In this document: in pieces, positions 13,160 to 27,074 of the stretch | How positions within the stretch are numbered: the first letter of the stretch is position 1 | Layout: each line of letters begins with the position of its first letter | From: Chiloscyllium plagiosum | Taxonomy: Eukaryota | Length of the DNA: 64,000 bases | Direction: 5' to 3' | Assembly (NCBI RefSeq): GCF_004010195.1 | Contig: NC_057751.1 | Location: 13,026,322-13,090,321, forward strand | Position numbers and translations under genes: made by a program | The notes under the pieces: generated by a model | Seen by the model: the letters and a program-made list of their open reading frames with translations, nothing else | Told to the model about the DNA's origin: nothing | The model's database searches: none

Positions 13160-14600
13160 CCGTCGATTCGAGTGGAATGAGTTATTTGGAGTAAGGCAAC
13201 TGCTCCAGTAAGACGGACTTCACTTGAACCCTGCTGGAATGGGTGTTTTCATGAATCAAAGAACTCAGGCTGTAGAGAGGGCTTTAAACTAATTACAGGA
13301 ATAGGGGAAATGCAGATTTAGAATTTAGAATGCAGAATTTAGAATACGAAAGAACATGGCAACATTACACGGTAGCTATTTGGATAGCAATATTCCAGAG
13401 TGGGACAGGAAGGAACAGAGTGTGGAAAAAAAGCAGCAAGTAAGGTCAAAGGGGGAGGAAATTGTTAGAAGGCAAAATTAATGGCTCTTTACTTGAATAC
13501 ACATAGCATTCAGAACAAAATAAATGAATTAATGGCTCAAACAGATGGAAAAGGTTATGATATTGTAGACATTACAGAGATATGGTTATGAGGCAGTCAA
13601 AACAGGGAACTTAATATTCAGGGGTATTCGGTGGGCGGCACGGTGGCACAGTGGTTAGCACTGCTGCCTCACAGCGCCTGAGACCCGGGTTCAATTCCCG
13701 CCTCAGGCGACTGACTGTGTGGAGGTATGTGAATTTTTGAAAAGACAGGCACGAAGGAAAGGGTGGTGGTACAGCACTGTTGACCCAGGATGGAATACAG
13801 TACATATGATAGCAAAAAATGATTTTGGATCGTAAGATGTAGAATCCATATTGGTGGAGATAAGTAATAAAAAGGAAAAAAAGGAAAGGTGTGAGTAATC
13901 TACAGGCTCATCAACAATAGCAATAACAGTAGAACAGGGAGTAAATCAGGACATAAGGACAGCATGGAAAAAGAGCAGAGTATTAATTATGGGTGACTGT
14001 AGATTGGCAGATTGGCAGAGGTAGCCATGAGGAAGAGTTAATAGAGTTTATTCAGGACAATTTCGCAGAGCAATATGTTGTGGATCCATCTAGGAATCAG
14101 GTTATTTTGGATATGGTGTTATGTAATGAGGTATTTTCAACATTTCTGAGTAAATGATCCCCATGAAAATAGTGACCATAATGTGGCAGAATTTACCATT
14201 CAGTTAGAAAGGAAGTATAGGGTCAGAAAAAAAACTGAGCTCCATTTATATCAGAGTAATTGCAAATTAGTGAATGCAGAGCTTGGAAAGGAAGTTAGCA
14301 GCAAAGATGGTTGAGGAACAAAGGCAGATATTTAAGAAAATAGTTAATGGCTCACAACAAAGATCTTTCCCATTGAGAAGGAGGGATTCTAGGAAGGGGA
14401 TAAGCCAACCATAATTCATCAGTGAAGTTAAAGATAACATCAAATTAAATGACAAAACGTACAATGTGGTAGAGATTAATGGTAAGCCAGAAGATTGGGA
14501 AAGTTTTAAAAATAACGAAAGCTGACTAAACAATAATAAAGAATGAGAAAATAAACTTTGAAGGAATCTTATTCCATTCAAAATGATGATTGGAACAGGC
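13160..14600 (+). mobile_element. Degenerate CR1 LINE: ORF1 end and ORF2 AP-endonuclease region
   Basis: Translates to DGLHLNP (SGNH esterase end) and LYLNTHSIQNKINEL..DIVDITEIWL, IIMGD; many stops. Confidence 0.8.
13633..13724 (+). mobile_element. tRNA-derived SINE head (HE1/V-SINE-like), 5' part only, nested in CR1
   Basis: A box tggcacagtgg and B box ggttcaattcc; matches the copy at 22421. Confidence 0.85.
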
Positions 14601-14619
14601 TTTTAAAAAGGTAACAGCT

Positions 14620-15070
14620 ATGGTTGTGTGTGTCTTACTCTTGCCTCAAAGTTGAAAGGTACTGGATTTCAAGTCCCTCTTCACAAATGTCAGCACAGAA
14701 TCTAGGCTGACAGCCCAGTGAAAGCCTGAGGGAGTGCTGTACTGTCAAAGTTGCTGTTTTCTTGTTCGAGCTCATACCTCCCCACCTATTTTGGACAGAA
14801 TTGATTTTGTGGACATTTCAAAGAAGAGCAGAGGTGTTCTCCCTCATATCCTGGCCAATGTTTATCACTTGAGCAACATAAAAAAGAGGCTGTCATTATC
14901 ATATCACATTTTTCCCTGGTCATATTCACATTGCTTTTTGTAGAGATTCTCATGCATACAATGGCTTCCCACATTACAGCCATGACTTCAGTTGTACTTA
15001 ATTGCTCTGAGATCATGTTCTAATGTCATGAGCTCATGGAAGGTGTTAAATAAATGTAAGCTCTTTCTTA
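14620..15070 (+). mobile_element. Old DeuSINE-like element (SacSINE1/AmnSINE type)
   Basis: ttcaagtccc B-box relic, gagggagtgctgtactgtc, ggtgttctccc..tcctggccaa core, L2-like taaatgtaagctctttc tail. Confidence 0.55.
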
Positions 15071-15674
15071 CTTTTAAATCCTCTCTTTGCAGTTAAAGGT
15101 TGTTGATTGATTTGAACCATGGATATAACCTTTCAAAGCATGAAACTTCAATTGATTTTGCCTAAAAAGATCAGCCTGACACAGCTCCATCCGTCAATAC
15201 TCACTGTAGAACTGATGAGTGTTCAGCTCTCATTGCACAGAACATTAAAGCAGGATATGCACTATATCCAATTTGACCAAAGGATGCTGTTGTTCATCTG
15301 GACCATTCAATGAGACTCATTTAGGTTGCCTCTTGTTGCTTCTGTGTCCACAAAGATCCGAAGGTAAGATTGTCACAAATCAAAAGGAGCTGGTGTGCTT
15401 TTGCTCTAAATATCGTAGGAATAATTTGATAAAGTCTCATATTTTTAAACTGTGGGTTTGACCAAACAGGCCGTGGTATATTTTTACGCTCACAATCATT
15501 CCTACATGCTTTGGATTCTGTGGGCTTTTGCCGTGGTGTAGAGCTGTGTTTAAAAGCAACATTATTTTGAATTTTTTAAAGTGATGAAGATGAACCACAC
15601 TATTGACTACAATCTCAATCTAATTTCTGAATTTCACAACATGTGTTTTTGGAGTATATGTCTTGATTTTACTG

Positions 15675-15743
15675 ACAGGTTGGACCGAAGGGTCTGTTTC
15701 CATGCTGTACATCTCTATGACTCTATGACTCTATGACTCTATG
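15675..15743 (+). mobile_element. Heavily 5'-truncated CR1/HER1 tail with (CTATGA)n-type repeat (ctctatgactctatga...)
   Basis: gttggaccgaagggtctgtttccatgctgtacatct followed by a tandem tail; the same tail occurs near 20850, 45690 (-) and 56692 (-). Confidence 0.8.
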
Positions 15744-18700
15744 TGTATACAAGCAGTCAGAATGATATCATTTGTACAAAGCCTGATAGGGATGACACAG
15801 AAAGAGGGCACTGATTGTACTAATTTGTAATACTGTACAAACAGTACAGACAACACTGAGTCGAAGCATTTCTTCATGAGACTATTGTGCCCAGACTAAG
15901 AATACCTCCTTGCCTCTGACTCGGGTTTCCTTTGTTTTACTGAGCTTGTCTTTGGTGGGGGGAGGGAGGGGGGGAGGGAGCAGAAAGGCTCAGAATGTTA
16001 ACAAACCTGCTTCGACTTCCCTAAAATAAATTGGCCAATCTTAAAAGTAAAGGCAAAGTTCTGAAGTGTCTCTGTTTGATTACCAAGTAACTGATAACAA
16101 CAATTTTCTGACCTTCGGGTATTTATAGGCCATTTGATCTCATATACCAACGGGTCTGGGCGTAAAATACTGAAAGTATCAGATGGTGATTGGGTAGGTA
16201 ACAAGAGAAATTTCCAGTGTTCTGCCCATGCCTAAGAATGGACAGTTCCTAAAAGTCTTCAGTCTAAATCCAATCTAGATTGTAGATACTTTAATCAACC
16301 TGTTCAGAAATGTTAGAACATACTTCTATAGCAGGTGGCAATTGAACCTCACCCTCCTGCCTCTGAGGTAGAGAAGCTGTGCCACAACAGCCTGGATTAT
16401 TAATCCAGTGATGGTACCATTATGCCATCACCTCCCTGTATAAATAACTCAGTCATTTAATAATTTCCTTTCTGTTCTGAGCTCCCCATGGATTGAGTGC
16501 TTTGCTTTAAGGGTTGGAGATTGGTTACACTGAGAACTGCTGGTACTGCCATGAAATGCTTTTGCTGGAATGAATTCCATTAATGGCCTTTCATTCATGA
16601 AGGGACTCAATCAAGTGCTTGTAGCAAGGAAAAAAACAGGGCAGAAGAAAAATGAAAGGATGTGCAAACAAAGTGCAGCATTTAATTCATGTGCTCGTGG
16701 AATTTATGAGAAATATCTCAGCATAACAGACAGTATGAACAGGTATCAGTTTAAAAATTGTGAGACTACTTTTCTAGCTGTACTAATGAAACACTTGATA
16801 TCACAACAAATAATACAATCAATGAAAGATGTCCATTAGTTACCAGTACGTGTAATAAAATGACACATTCAATATTTACTGTGTAAGCCTGTTATCAGAA
16901 TACATTAAAAACTAACACGGTAAACCTTCAGTTTTGCATTTCTTCGTCAGATACTTTTTCTGATTCCTCTCTCCTAGTAAAAGGCTGAAAACTGAGATAT
17001 TTTCATTAGCCAAAGTTACAGAGGGTCACCGAATCAAGCTGGGCTAAAATACAGATTCATCTAAGATTCAGAATTGTCCTGATCCAACTGAATGAAGAAA
17101 GAAATGGCTGAACATCCCATGACTTTTTTTGTGCTCCTTACTACCTGCAACTTTATCACCTTTTGGGAATGCTGGAAAGTTGTTATCAGTCTTCCTTTCA
17201 TGACCAATACTTTAAAATGTGTTCTTTTACCACATTTGCCAGCAAATTTGTTTTTGAACCCAATAAGTGGACTCTTCAGGAACTTCACAAAGATTGGATA
17301 CTCATTAAATTGGGGGAAAATGAAATTGTATGAGCTATCAGCTTGCTAAAGCGGCTTTACTGTGCAAGAGGAAATGCATTTTACACAGACTGGGCTTGTC
17401 ACAAATGTGCTTACATTCAAAGTGCCTTTGACAGCATTGATTTAGTTTCTAACAGTAATAGTAATATGTAAATAAGTGCAACCAAGCCTAAAGGACATCA
17501 TCCTGAAATAGAACAGAAGAGGTGCCCTCAATACCAGGAATAATGTAGTCTTACTAACATTGCAATATTGCCCTTCTCTCTGAAACTGCTACACTGATAG
17601 ACAGATTTTCTCTTAGACAGTCATGTTTCCTTGATCAATATATCTCCTAATACAGATGTTTCAATCTCCACAATATTATATTTGGAATGTAGACACTCAG
17701 CAAAACAAGCAGAACAGAATTGTACCATCAAAACCGTATCAATTCTTGGAAAGGTTTCTTCAATTATGGCCACCCCTGTGCTTCTGTCTTATCGACATGC
17801 AAGTTTCTTTTCTCCAGTTACAATCACCATCCTTTCAGGTTCATTCCACATTGTAACTTGCTTTTGACTGTCTTAATTGGGCCCAGACTCGAACTCAGTG
17901 TGATTAATGGCAGCTTGGTACTGTCGACTGATATCAGTGAGGCACTAAACTGAGGCTGATGTAACACATTACTTGATGGCCCCCAACAACTAGCACTGGA
18001 CTGCAAAGAGTTTTATGCTATATGTTTAAATTTGATTTGATCCAGGACAAAGAGATTAAAAGAGTCTAACTAATCCATTTAATCAGTCAAAAATAGTTCA
18101 AGATTGATAATCAGTTGTGTGAGAACAAAATTCAAATATCTCACTTTGGTATTCATTCTGTACCATTTTCATGCAGTCCTTAAATATGTGTCTTTTCATT
18201 ACTAACCCTTTCCCATTGGAAATAGTTTCTCCTCATTTCCTCAGTTAAAAACCATTCATGAGTTGTCCCCTCTAAACCTTTGATTTATATCTTGCTTCTC
18301 CATGTATTATAAATTTTAAAACAGAAGCCTCATTTTCTCTTTAGTCATCCCTAGAGCTATAGGTTTGGATTTGCTGCCTTGAGGGACTGTGTCTCTTCTG
18401 TATGTGATCCCCCTTCACATTAAAGCTTTTCCTCTGTTCATGACCTTTTTTTGCCAGCCAGAAGTTGGGATTCTTTTCCTTAGAGCAGAGAAGTTTAAGA
18501 GGAGACCAAATTAAGGCGTGAGAGCAAGTTGAGAGACACTTTTTCAACTGGCAAGTGAGTTGCTAATCAGAGGTGATTGATTTAACGTAATTGACAGCGG
18601 AAGGAATAGGTAATTGAGGAAACAGTTTTCTCACACAGAGGGCTGTGACCAACTCCAACATATTTTCTGAAAGATTGATGGAATCAGGTTCCATGATAAC

Positions 18701-21700
18701 TTTTAGAAGACAAATGGACACATACTTGGAGAGAGCACATTTGTAAGACTGTGTGGAAAGAGTTGAAAATGGGACTAAATGAACAGCACTTTTAAAGAGC
18801 CTGCAGAGGTATGATGGGCTGAATTGTGTCTTTCCGTGTTGTAAAATTCAATAATTCTATAAGCCCTTCTCATGCTCCAATCAACCACCAAAACTCAAGA
18901 ATATCTGGTTCAACTAGCATATTAATTCTGGTTGGCAAGTAACAGATAATGACCAGACTTGGTAAAATACAATCCCAAACTGTTGGTAATGTTGGATTCA
19001 CTGTCTCAAACTCTTGTTTAACATTGGCTTGGGACAATTTGCAAAGCTAAAGGCAATCTGCAATCAGGGCAAGTTATGAGTACGCTATTAAATTTTCAAT
19101 GCAGGAAATATTCTGCCTCTGACATATCATGTCCCCTGAAGTGATTTAAAAGCCATCTACAACAGAATATGGACTTCTCATCCTAAATATTGATGGATGG
19201 CTCAGCAACATTAAAACCATGTAACTCACTCACTGTTCTCTCTCAGAGCAAATATTTGTCATTCAGTGTAGCTCAACCATTCCTTAACAGAAGCTTTTTA
19301 TGAAGCTCAAAAACTTACTGTTCTAAGAACAGGAACTATTTTACTTTTCAAAATATTGTCAAGTAACAAAATATTCATTCTGGCTGTCTATTCTGTGAAT
19401 TGGAGAAATTGTTTTTAAACCAAGATTCCATGCACACTGATTTAAAGTTGTTACATCATGAGCTTGCACAGTGATCTCTCTCAAATTGATTGACACTCTC
19501 CACCAAAAGACAAGTCTAAGCCACAGGCTCACAGCTAAAGGAAGGGAGCACATCAGCAGAGGACTTACTAACTAATTCCCTAAGGTACGAAATTCAAATG
19601 TTGCGTTTCTCAAAAGCAACCTGTACCCATTTTCACAAAAATGCGAATTTGCAGCGGTATGCTGGGCTCTCGCAATTTTCATAATGCTTCAAGCTTTCTG
19701 ATTCCATCACAGTGCACTTGTGCAAATGAAGTGACACTTGCTCATTTTATATACTACACACACAAATTACAATCATTATTTTGAGAAGCTCAATGTGAGG
19801 GATTTCATTTGACAATTAATTAGGTTTGACAGTTGAATCACATTGAAAATATTGATTTTCCAGCACTGGTAAAATGACAATACAAACCATCAATTTTAAG
19901 TAATTTTAAGTAATTTAAAGGGCTAGCTATGATCTGGTGTTAAAAATGAACTTATGAAAATACAAGATTTGAATGTTATGATGCAAAGTCATGAAATTAG
20001 CAATTGTAAATAATCTGCTGATCCTCTCACAATTGACATTCTGCCTCATGACATCAGATTTGGGTGGAGCCTAGGAAGTGAAATTAGTCTTGGGTGTTGC
20101 CAACAAAGCCAACAATCAAACAGAACATATGAATGTATGTAAAATGAATGAATTAAATTATCACCACTGTTGTCTACACTGAGCAGCAAACCTGGCAAAT
20201 AACTGTAGACTTCCAAAGGAGGAAATTCCAGAAAACATAAACCATTTTCATTGAGTGCATAATGACAGGATTTGGTGTGATAATGAACTATAGTATAGCC
20301 AAATATTGCACTACCTGTTGCAATTTCAATTTTGATGCAGAGTCAAGTAAAGTTAGTTTCTCCAAAACTTCTCATTGCAAAGATTTTATCGCAATGGGGA
20401 AGAGGCAAATAGCGTACTGACAGACCAGTAAGTGTAAGGCAGTCGGTGAAAAATTGACAGGAAATGATCGCAGAAGAATTAACTGGCACTTGGGAGAATG
20501 TGGATCAATAAAAGAACTCCAGTAAGATTTGTAAAATGAAAATTAAAATATATAAATTTCTAAAATATATAAATAGAAATGATAGCAAAGTTGAAGCCGA
20601 TGGAATTATGAACATTCAATAAAAAGAGTAGCAATCTGCCCCTCAAGCTTACTCCACCATTTTAAAAAATCATGGCTGATTTTAACCTCAAATCTGCTTC
20701 CCACAAACCCCTGGGAACTTTTCGTCTCATTGCTTCTATTGCCTTTTCAGGAAGAGAATTCGAAATGCTCACAACCATCGGTGAGGAAATATATTTCCTT
20801 ATCTCTGTTTTAAAAGGGCAACTTTTTATTTTTAAACAGTGACTCATAGACGAGTTGGACTGAAGGGTCTGATTCCATGCTGTATGACTCTATGATTTTA
20901 ATTTGAGATTCTGCCATTGAAGGAAAAGTCTTTCTATATCCACCTTGTCAAGATTGCTCAAGACCTAATTTGTTTCAATTAAGTTGCCTTTTGCTTTTCT
21001 AAACTCTTAACAGATACCAACCTAGCCTGCCCACCTTTTCACATAAGATAATCTGTCAATTCCAGGTATTAGTCTGGTAAACTGTCTCTTAACTGCTTCC
21101 AACATAGAAACATTCTTCCTTAAATACAGAGACCAATGTTGTACATGATACTGGAGATGTGGTCTCCTCAGTGTCCTGTACAAGTGAAGTATAACTTCCC
21201 TACTTTGTATTCAATTCCCCAAGTAGTAAATGATAAGACTCTTATTAGCATTCCTGATTACTTGCGGTGACCGCATACTAACTTTTTGTGATTTATACAT
21301 TAGGACACTCAGATTCTTCTGCATCTCAGTGCTCTTCATTCTCTCAGCATTTAGATAATATTTCAACAACTTTTATCCTTCCTGCAAAAGTGGACAGTTT
21401 CCCATTTTCCCGCATTTGTCAGATTTTGCCCACTGCCTTAACTAATCTCTATCCTTTTGTCATCTCCTAATGTCCTCTTCATGACTCCATTTGTTACCTG
21501 TCTTTGTGTTACAAGTACATTTGGTAACCACACCTTCCATCCCTTCATCCAAGACGTTTATGTAAATTATAAACACTGATGTCTCAGCACTGAAAAAGTT
21601 ACATTCATTTCTAATCTCGGCTTCCTGTTAGCCAGTGTGTCTTCTGTTCATGTCAGTATGGTACCCTCTACACCATGAGCTTTAATTTTCCATAATAACC

Positions 21701-22420
21701 TTTATGAACACCTTCTGAAAAGGTAAGCACTATACAGTTACTAGTTCCTTTTGTTTTTAGAACATATTACTTCCTCAAATAACTCCAATAGATTAGTTAA
21801 ACAAGATTTCTCGCTCTTGGAATGACATTGGTTCTGCCAAATGCCTTGAAGTTATCAAAGATATCATAATTTTTTAAAAAAACTTTTCAAATTACAGATA
21901 TTGAGTTAACTCATCTCTGGTTTCCTGCTTTCTGCCTCCTTCATTTATGAATCAAGGAGTTTTATTTGTTTTTTTTCCCCATCTAAATGGGAGCTTCCCC
22001 TCGTCTAGGGAGTTTTGCAAATGAAAACCAATGCACTAAATGTTTCACCAGCCACTACTTTTGAAGACCAGAGGATGAAGTCCATCAGAACCCAGGCAGT
22101 TATTGGCCTATAGATCCAATAACCTATTCGGTACCACTTCTCTGGTGATTGACATTTTGCCGAGTTCCTCCCTTTCTTCAATTTCCAGATTTATTGTTGC
22201 TTCTGGAGCAATGAAGACTGATACAAGATACTTGTTCAATTAGTCTGCTATTTCCTTATTTTCCATTATCGATTCTCTAGACTTACTTCCAATTGGACCA
22301 ACGTTCACTTAGTTAACTGTTTTCATTTTTAATTATTTGTGGAAAACCTTAATGTCTGTTTTGATATTTCTGGCTAGCTTTATTTCATTCTCTAATTTTC
22401 TTTCCTCTAATTTCTTTAAT

Positions 22421-22733
22421 GGGTGGCACGGTGGCTCAGTGGTTAGCACTGCTGCCTTACAGCGCCCAGAGACCCATGTTCGATTCCTGCCTCGAGTGAC
22501 TCCTGTGTGGAGTTTGCACATTCTCCCTGTGTCTGCGTGGATTTCCTTTGGGTGCTCCAGTTTCCTCCCACAATCCAAAGATGTGCTGATCAGGTAAATT
22601 GGCCACAGTGTTAGGTGCATTAGTCAAGGGTAATTATAAGGGTCTGGATGATTTACTCTTCGGAGGGTCGGCGTGGACTTGTTGGGCCTGAAGGACCTGT
22701 TTCCATACTGGAAGGAATCTAATCTATAAAAAA
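22421..22733 (+). mobile_element. Full-length HE1/V-SINE-like tRNA SINE
   Basis: A/B boxes, central gtggagtttgcacattctccc..gctccagtttcctccca domain, LINE-like tail cctgtttccatactg..aatctaatcta. Confidence 0.9.
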
Positions 22734-23935
22734 CATTTTTTGTTTTTTTTATATTCTGTCCAATCTACTGACCTGCCACTTGTCTTTGCATAACATTTTT
22801 TTTCTTTAGGCGTGAAGTATCTTTAACCTGATCTAAAACACAGATGTTGAATCTGCCCCTTGGAATGATTGCAAAGTGTTCTGTTATTGTGTTCTGTGTG
22901 TTCTGAAATGGCTGCTACTGCATCTCTCTTGATCTATCCTTCAGCCTTATTTGTCAACTCAATTTAGCGAGCTTGGCTTTCATGCCAATGTAATTGTATA
23001 ATCTTATAGATTTTTAATTTTAATTTAATTTTTAATTTTGAAAGAATAGTCTTGGGCATACTTCATCTGTCCCTCAAACTGAATGTAAACATTGAACATA
23101 TTATGATTGCTGCTACTTAGGGTACCTTCACCCCTAATATTAATTAATCCTATCTCACTGCACAATGCCATGTCTCATACAGCCTGCTCTATGGTTGGCT
23201 CCAATATTTACTGTTTTAAGAAACTAACTTGGAAACATTCTACGTTGAGCTACCTTTGCCATTTGCCCTTTCCAGCCTTTATCAATTAAAATCTCTCATG
23301 ATTGTCACTGTGCCATTCTGACAAGGTCCCATCTTTTATTTTATACTCCACCCTACCATGTAGTTACTGTTCGGAGCCTGCACACCATACACAAAAGCAA
23401 CATCTTACCGTAATCGTTTCTCATCTGTACACAAACCATTTCCATCCCAGTTTCCGGAATGTAACTCACCACTCTCTCTTGTGCTTACACCATCAACCAT
23501 CCTTGCACCTTTTCATAGCTTCCAATCATTCCTAAATGTCCTGTGTCCTTACATATTCAGGAAAGCATTCATGTCACCCTGTAGCTATTATCTCTATAAT
23601 GGCTGACAGATTGTACTTATTTATTTCAATTGCACTGACACTTCACATATTGTTTTGCAAGCTACACGCATTCAGATACAGTTTTTTTTTATTTTGTTAA
23701 ATTTACCATGATCTGTTGATTTACATTTCAATTTTTTTTCTCTCTAACCCTTCCTGCCACTAATTGTCCATCATTTCCTGCATTTGTATTTTCCTCTTCT
23801 GCTTTGTCTCTACTCTGATTTAACACACCTTCGCAAATTGATTCCTTGCCTCCACAACATAATTTAAAATCCACTCTATTTCTCTAATGATGCGACTCAC
23901 AAGAATACCAGCCCTAGCACAGTTCAGATGGAGAC

Positions 23936-24161
23936 TGAAATAACTGCACAGAGGCCAGTATCCCATCACCAAGTCACCCCTTATTTACTTGTGCAAAGTA
24001 CGCTGACTTGGGCCAGCCAGCTCAGAGTCAAAGCCCTGAACTGACGAGCTTCTTATCTCCTGGGTACATTGGTCAGCCAGGGGCTTTCCTGACTGGCCCA
24101 GGTTACCAACCCCAATCACCGACCATGTAGTCAACGAGGTCAACCTGGTTCAATCATTATA
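23936..24161. mobile_element. Putative solo LTR with 5-bp target-site duplication GAGAC
   Basis: gagac|TGAAATAA...TCATTATA|gagac; interrupts the CR1. Confidence 0.65.
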
Positions 24162-24393
24162 GAGACTCTCCTCATGGTATAGATCCCACTTTCCCAACAC
24201 AGGTTCTTGTGTTTCATGAACTGAAATCAGTTCTCCCACTTAATTTTTTTGAATGATGCAGTATATGTGATGTGCCCTCTGTGAGATTACATGTGGCTCA
24301 AGTAATAATCCAGTAATTACGGCCTTTGCTTCTTAATGTGATGCCCGGTTTCTCATGCTGACCGTGCAGAGCCATCTTCTTGGTCCGCCGTCA

Positions 24394-24737
24394 GGGCGAC
24401 ACGATGGCTGAGTGGTTAGCACTGCTGCCTCACAGTGCCAGGGACCTGGGCTCGATCCTACCCTCGAGCAACTCTCCTTCTAGATTCTCCCCATGCACAT
24501 TCTCCCCATGTCTGTGCGGGTTTCCTCTGGGTGCTCCGGTTTCCTCCCACAATCCAATGATGTGTGGGTTAGGTGAACTGGCCATGCTCAATTGCCCAGA
24601 GAGTTCAGGGATGTGTAGGTTAGGTGCATTAGTCAGGAGTAATGGGAAATGGGTTTGGGTCGGATATTCTTCGGGGGGGTCAGTGTGGATTTGTTGGGCG
24701 AAAGGGCCTGTTTCCACACTGTAGGAATTCTATGATT
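24394..24737 (+). mobile_element. HE1/V-SINE-like SINE
   Basis: Same structure as 22421; explains ORFs 24380 and 24430. Confidence 0.9.
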
Positions 24738-26497
24738 TCTTTGTCTTGCCCACATTGTTGGTACCTACATAGACTAGAATGATGGGATCCTTGCCCTCTC
24801 ATTACAAGTTTTTCTCAGCCTTAACCAGATATCCCAAATCCTGACACTGAACAGGTAACAAATCCGTCCGAATTCTTGTTCTTTCTGACACTGAGCAGTG
24901 TCAACCCCTCTAATTATACTATCCGCTACAACCACAACATTCCCTTCTGTCTTCCTATACCATGGTGCCAGCTCAGTCACCCTGCATTCTCTGTCATCTA
25001 AAGGAAAAGTGACTACTTGGTAATGAAATTTTCAAAGAGACAAAAAGTAAATAGTGCTGTTGAATGGTTGATTTCAAAATTGGAGAGAAATGCCCTTGAT
25101 GTTCTTTCAGGGGTCAGTATTAGACTTCTGCACATTCCGATGCACATGAATGACTTGGAATTGGATGTGCACGGTATAATTTCAAAGTGCACCAATGATA
25201 CAAAGCAATGGTGGAAGGGAAAATTGAGAAGACTGTTGGATTAATGTATGAAATTGAGTACAAAAGAAAAGTTTGTCAGTGTTAATCTGTAGCTAGGCCC
25301 CAGCTGTAGTCTGGTACTCAGTTTTGAACATCATACTTGAGGAAGGATGTCAATGTCTCAGAGAAGTTGCAGAGATGACCACCCAGGGATGAGAGATTTC
25401 AGTTACATCGAGAAATGGGAGAAACTAAGGCTGTTCTCATTTTAACAGTTTACGTTAAAGGGATATTTGAAACTTGATGGAAGTGTTCAAAATATCATGA
25501 ATGATAACTTGAACAATGTTAAACGTTGCTGTTTGCCCAATGTCAGAACAGTCCCCGGTTGCACATGTTTGCCATGTTGTGAATTCAATATTTCAGGACA
25601 ACTGGAACTGGGCAGTAGACTCCCCAGTAGTGCAATGGGGAAAGCCACTGCCTGCTTCATTACAACACCATTCCATAAGATCCCAAAACAGACCCTGGTT
25701 CTGTGCTGAGTTCATTAACCACAGCCAGGGTATACTGATTGCAATATAAGAATTGAGATAAGAGAAATAAATTGTCAGTGCCTGTAATTTCCTTAAGATT
25801 GCTTATACTTCACACTTTAAATTTGTTGAAGGCAGAGCAGATATGTTTTTCACATGGAGAAGTGCAGTTCTAGCAGTTCAATGTTGATAATCATGAATAA
25901 CGAATCCTTTTTGAAGAGTACAGAGGAGAATAGCAGTCAATAATTTTCAGACTTAAAGTCACACATGACCTTGGCTCATACATGTCTATGTGATTAAGGA
26001 TGCCCCAAGAATGAGGTCCTCTAGTAAAGAGCAGATAATAGCATGTTCTTTCTTCTTCTGAGAATCAGTGTACCAACTCAGTCTCCACAACACAATTTAC
26101 AAGTGCCAGTTCTGCTTCAGCTGCAGGAAACAGTCACCGAACTGACGTGCTATTACAGAAAACTCTGGCAGCTGCTATGAAGAGAGAAGCTCATAAAGGT
26201 TAGAGAGGGAATGGGCTTTAAATGAGTAGAAAGGCAGAGAAAAGAGGAGGAGAGGAAAGAACAGAACAGAGAGTCTTTGATCATGTGGAAGGTGGAAGAG
26301 GTTGAGTGACAAAAAGATGCAAGAGAAAAGAAGAGGAGAACAAAATAAGAACAAGAAGATGCTTTGAGAAGAGGAGAAAATGGCAATAGCAGAATAATTA
26401 CCAGCTGCCACTATCTGAGAAAAGGAAGTAGTGATTGTGATCTGAAAGTTTTGAATTCAGTGCAGTCCTATTGTTGGATACAGTTCTTTTGCCGGCT

Positions 26498-26820
26498 ATT
26501 AGATTAGGTTAGATTCCCTACAGTGTGAAAACAGGCCCTTCGGCCCAACAGGTCCACACCAAGCCACTGAAAAGTCACCCACCCAGACCCATTTCCCTAT
26601 ATTTCGGCCTGACTAATGCACCTAATACTATGGGCAATTTAGCATGGCCAATTCACCTGACCTGCATATGTTTTGGACGTTGGGAAGAAACCGGAGCACC
26701 CAGAGCAGACACTGGGAGAATGTGCAAACTCTACACAGACAGTTGCCTGGGGCCAGAATTGAATCTGGGTCCTTGGCGATGTGAGGCAGCAGTGCTAACC
26801 ACTGAGCCACCTTGTCACCC
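26498..26820 (-). mobile_element. HE1/V-SINE-like SINE
   Basis: Reverse complement of the 22421 family. Confidence 0.9.
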
Positions 26821-27074
26821 ATAATCTCCACCCTCTCTATTGCCTCTTTGTGAGAATTACAAGGACCTCTCACCTGAATCCTTCCTGAACTGATTGGAAA
26901 AAACTGTCGTATAGGCCCTCACAAATTGTTTCACCATTTTCTTCCCCATGATTGAATTAATCATCAGTTCCAAGATGTCAGAAGAAGAAAAGAATTTGGG
27001 CTGTAAAACTAAGATAATATTATTATAAATGACAGCGCTATACACTGACCAAGAGTACCATATGTATAAAAAAA

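Larger units (their letters stand above)
20620..24990 (-). mobile_element. Long degenerate CR1 LINE with nested insertions
   Basis: ORF 24774-24980(-) VVVVADSIIRG is the CR1 ORF1 esterase GDS motif; ORF2 relics extend leftward. Confidence 0.75.

Noticed and set aside
13633..13710. tRNA gene
   Set aside because: It continues into SINE body sequence shared with multiple copies, so it is a SINE head.
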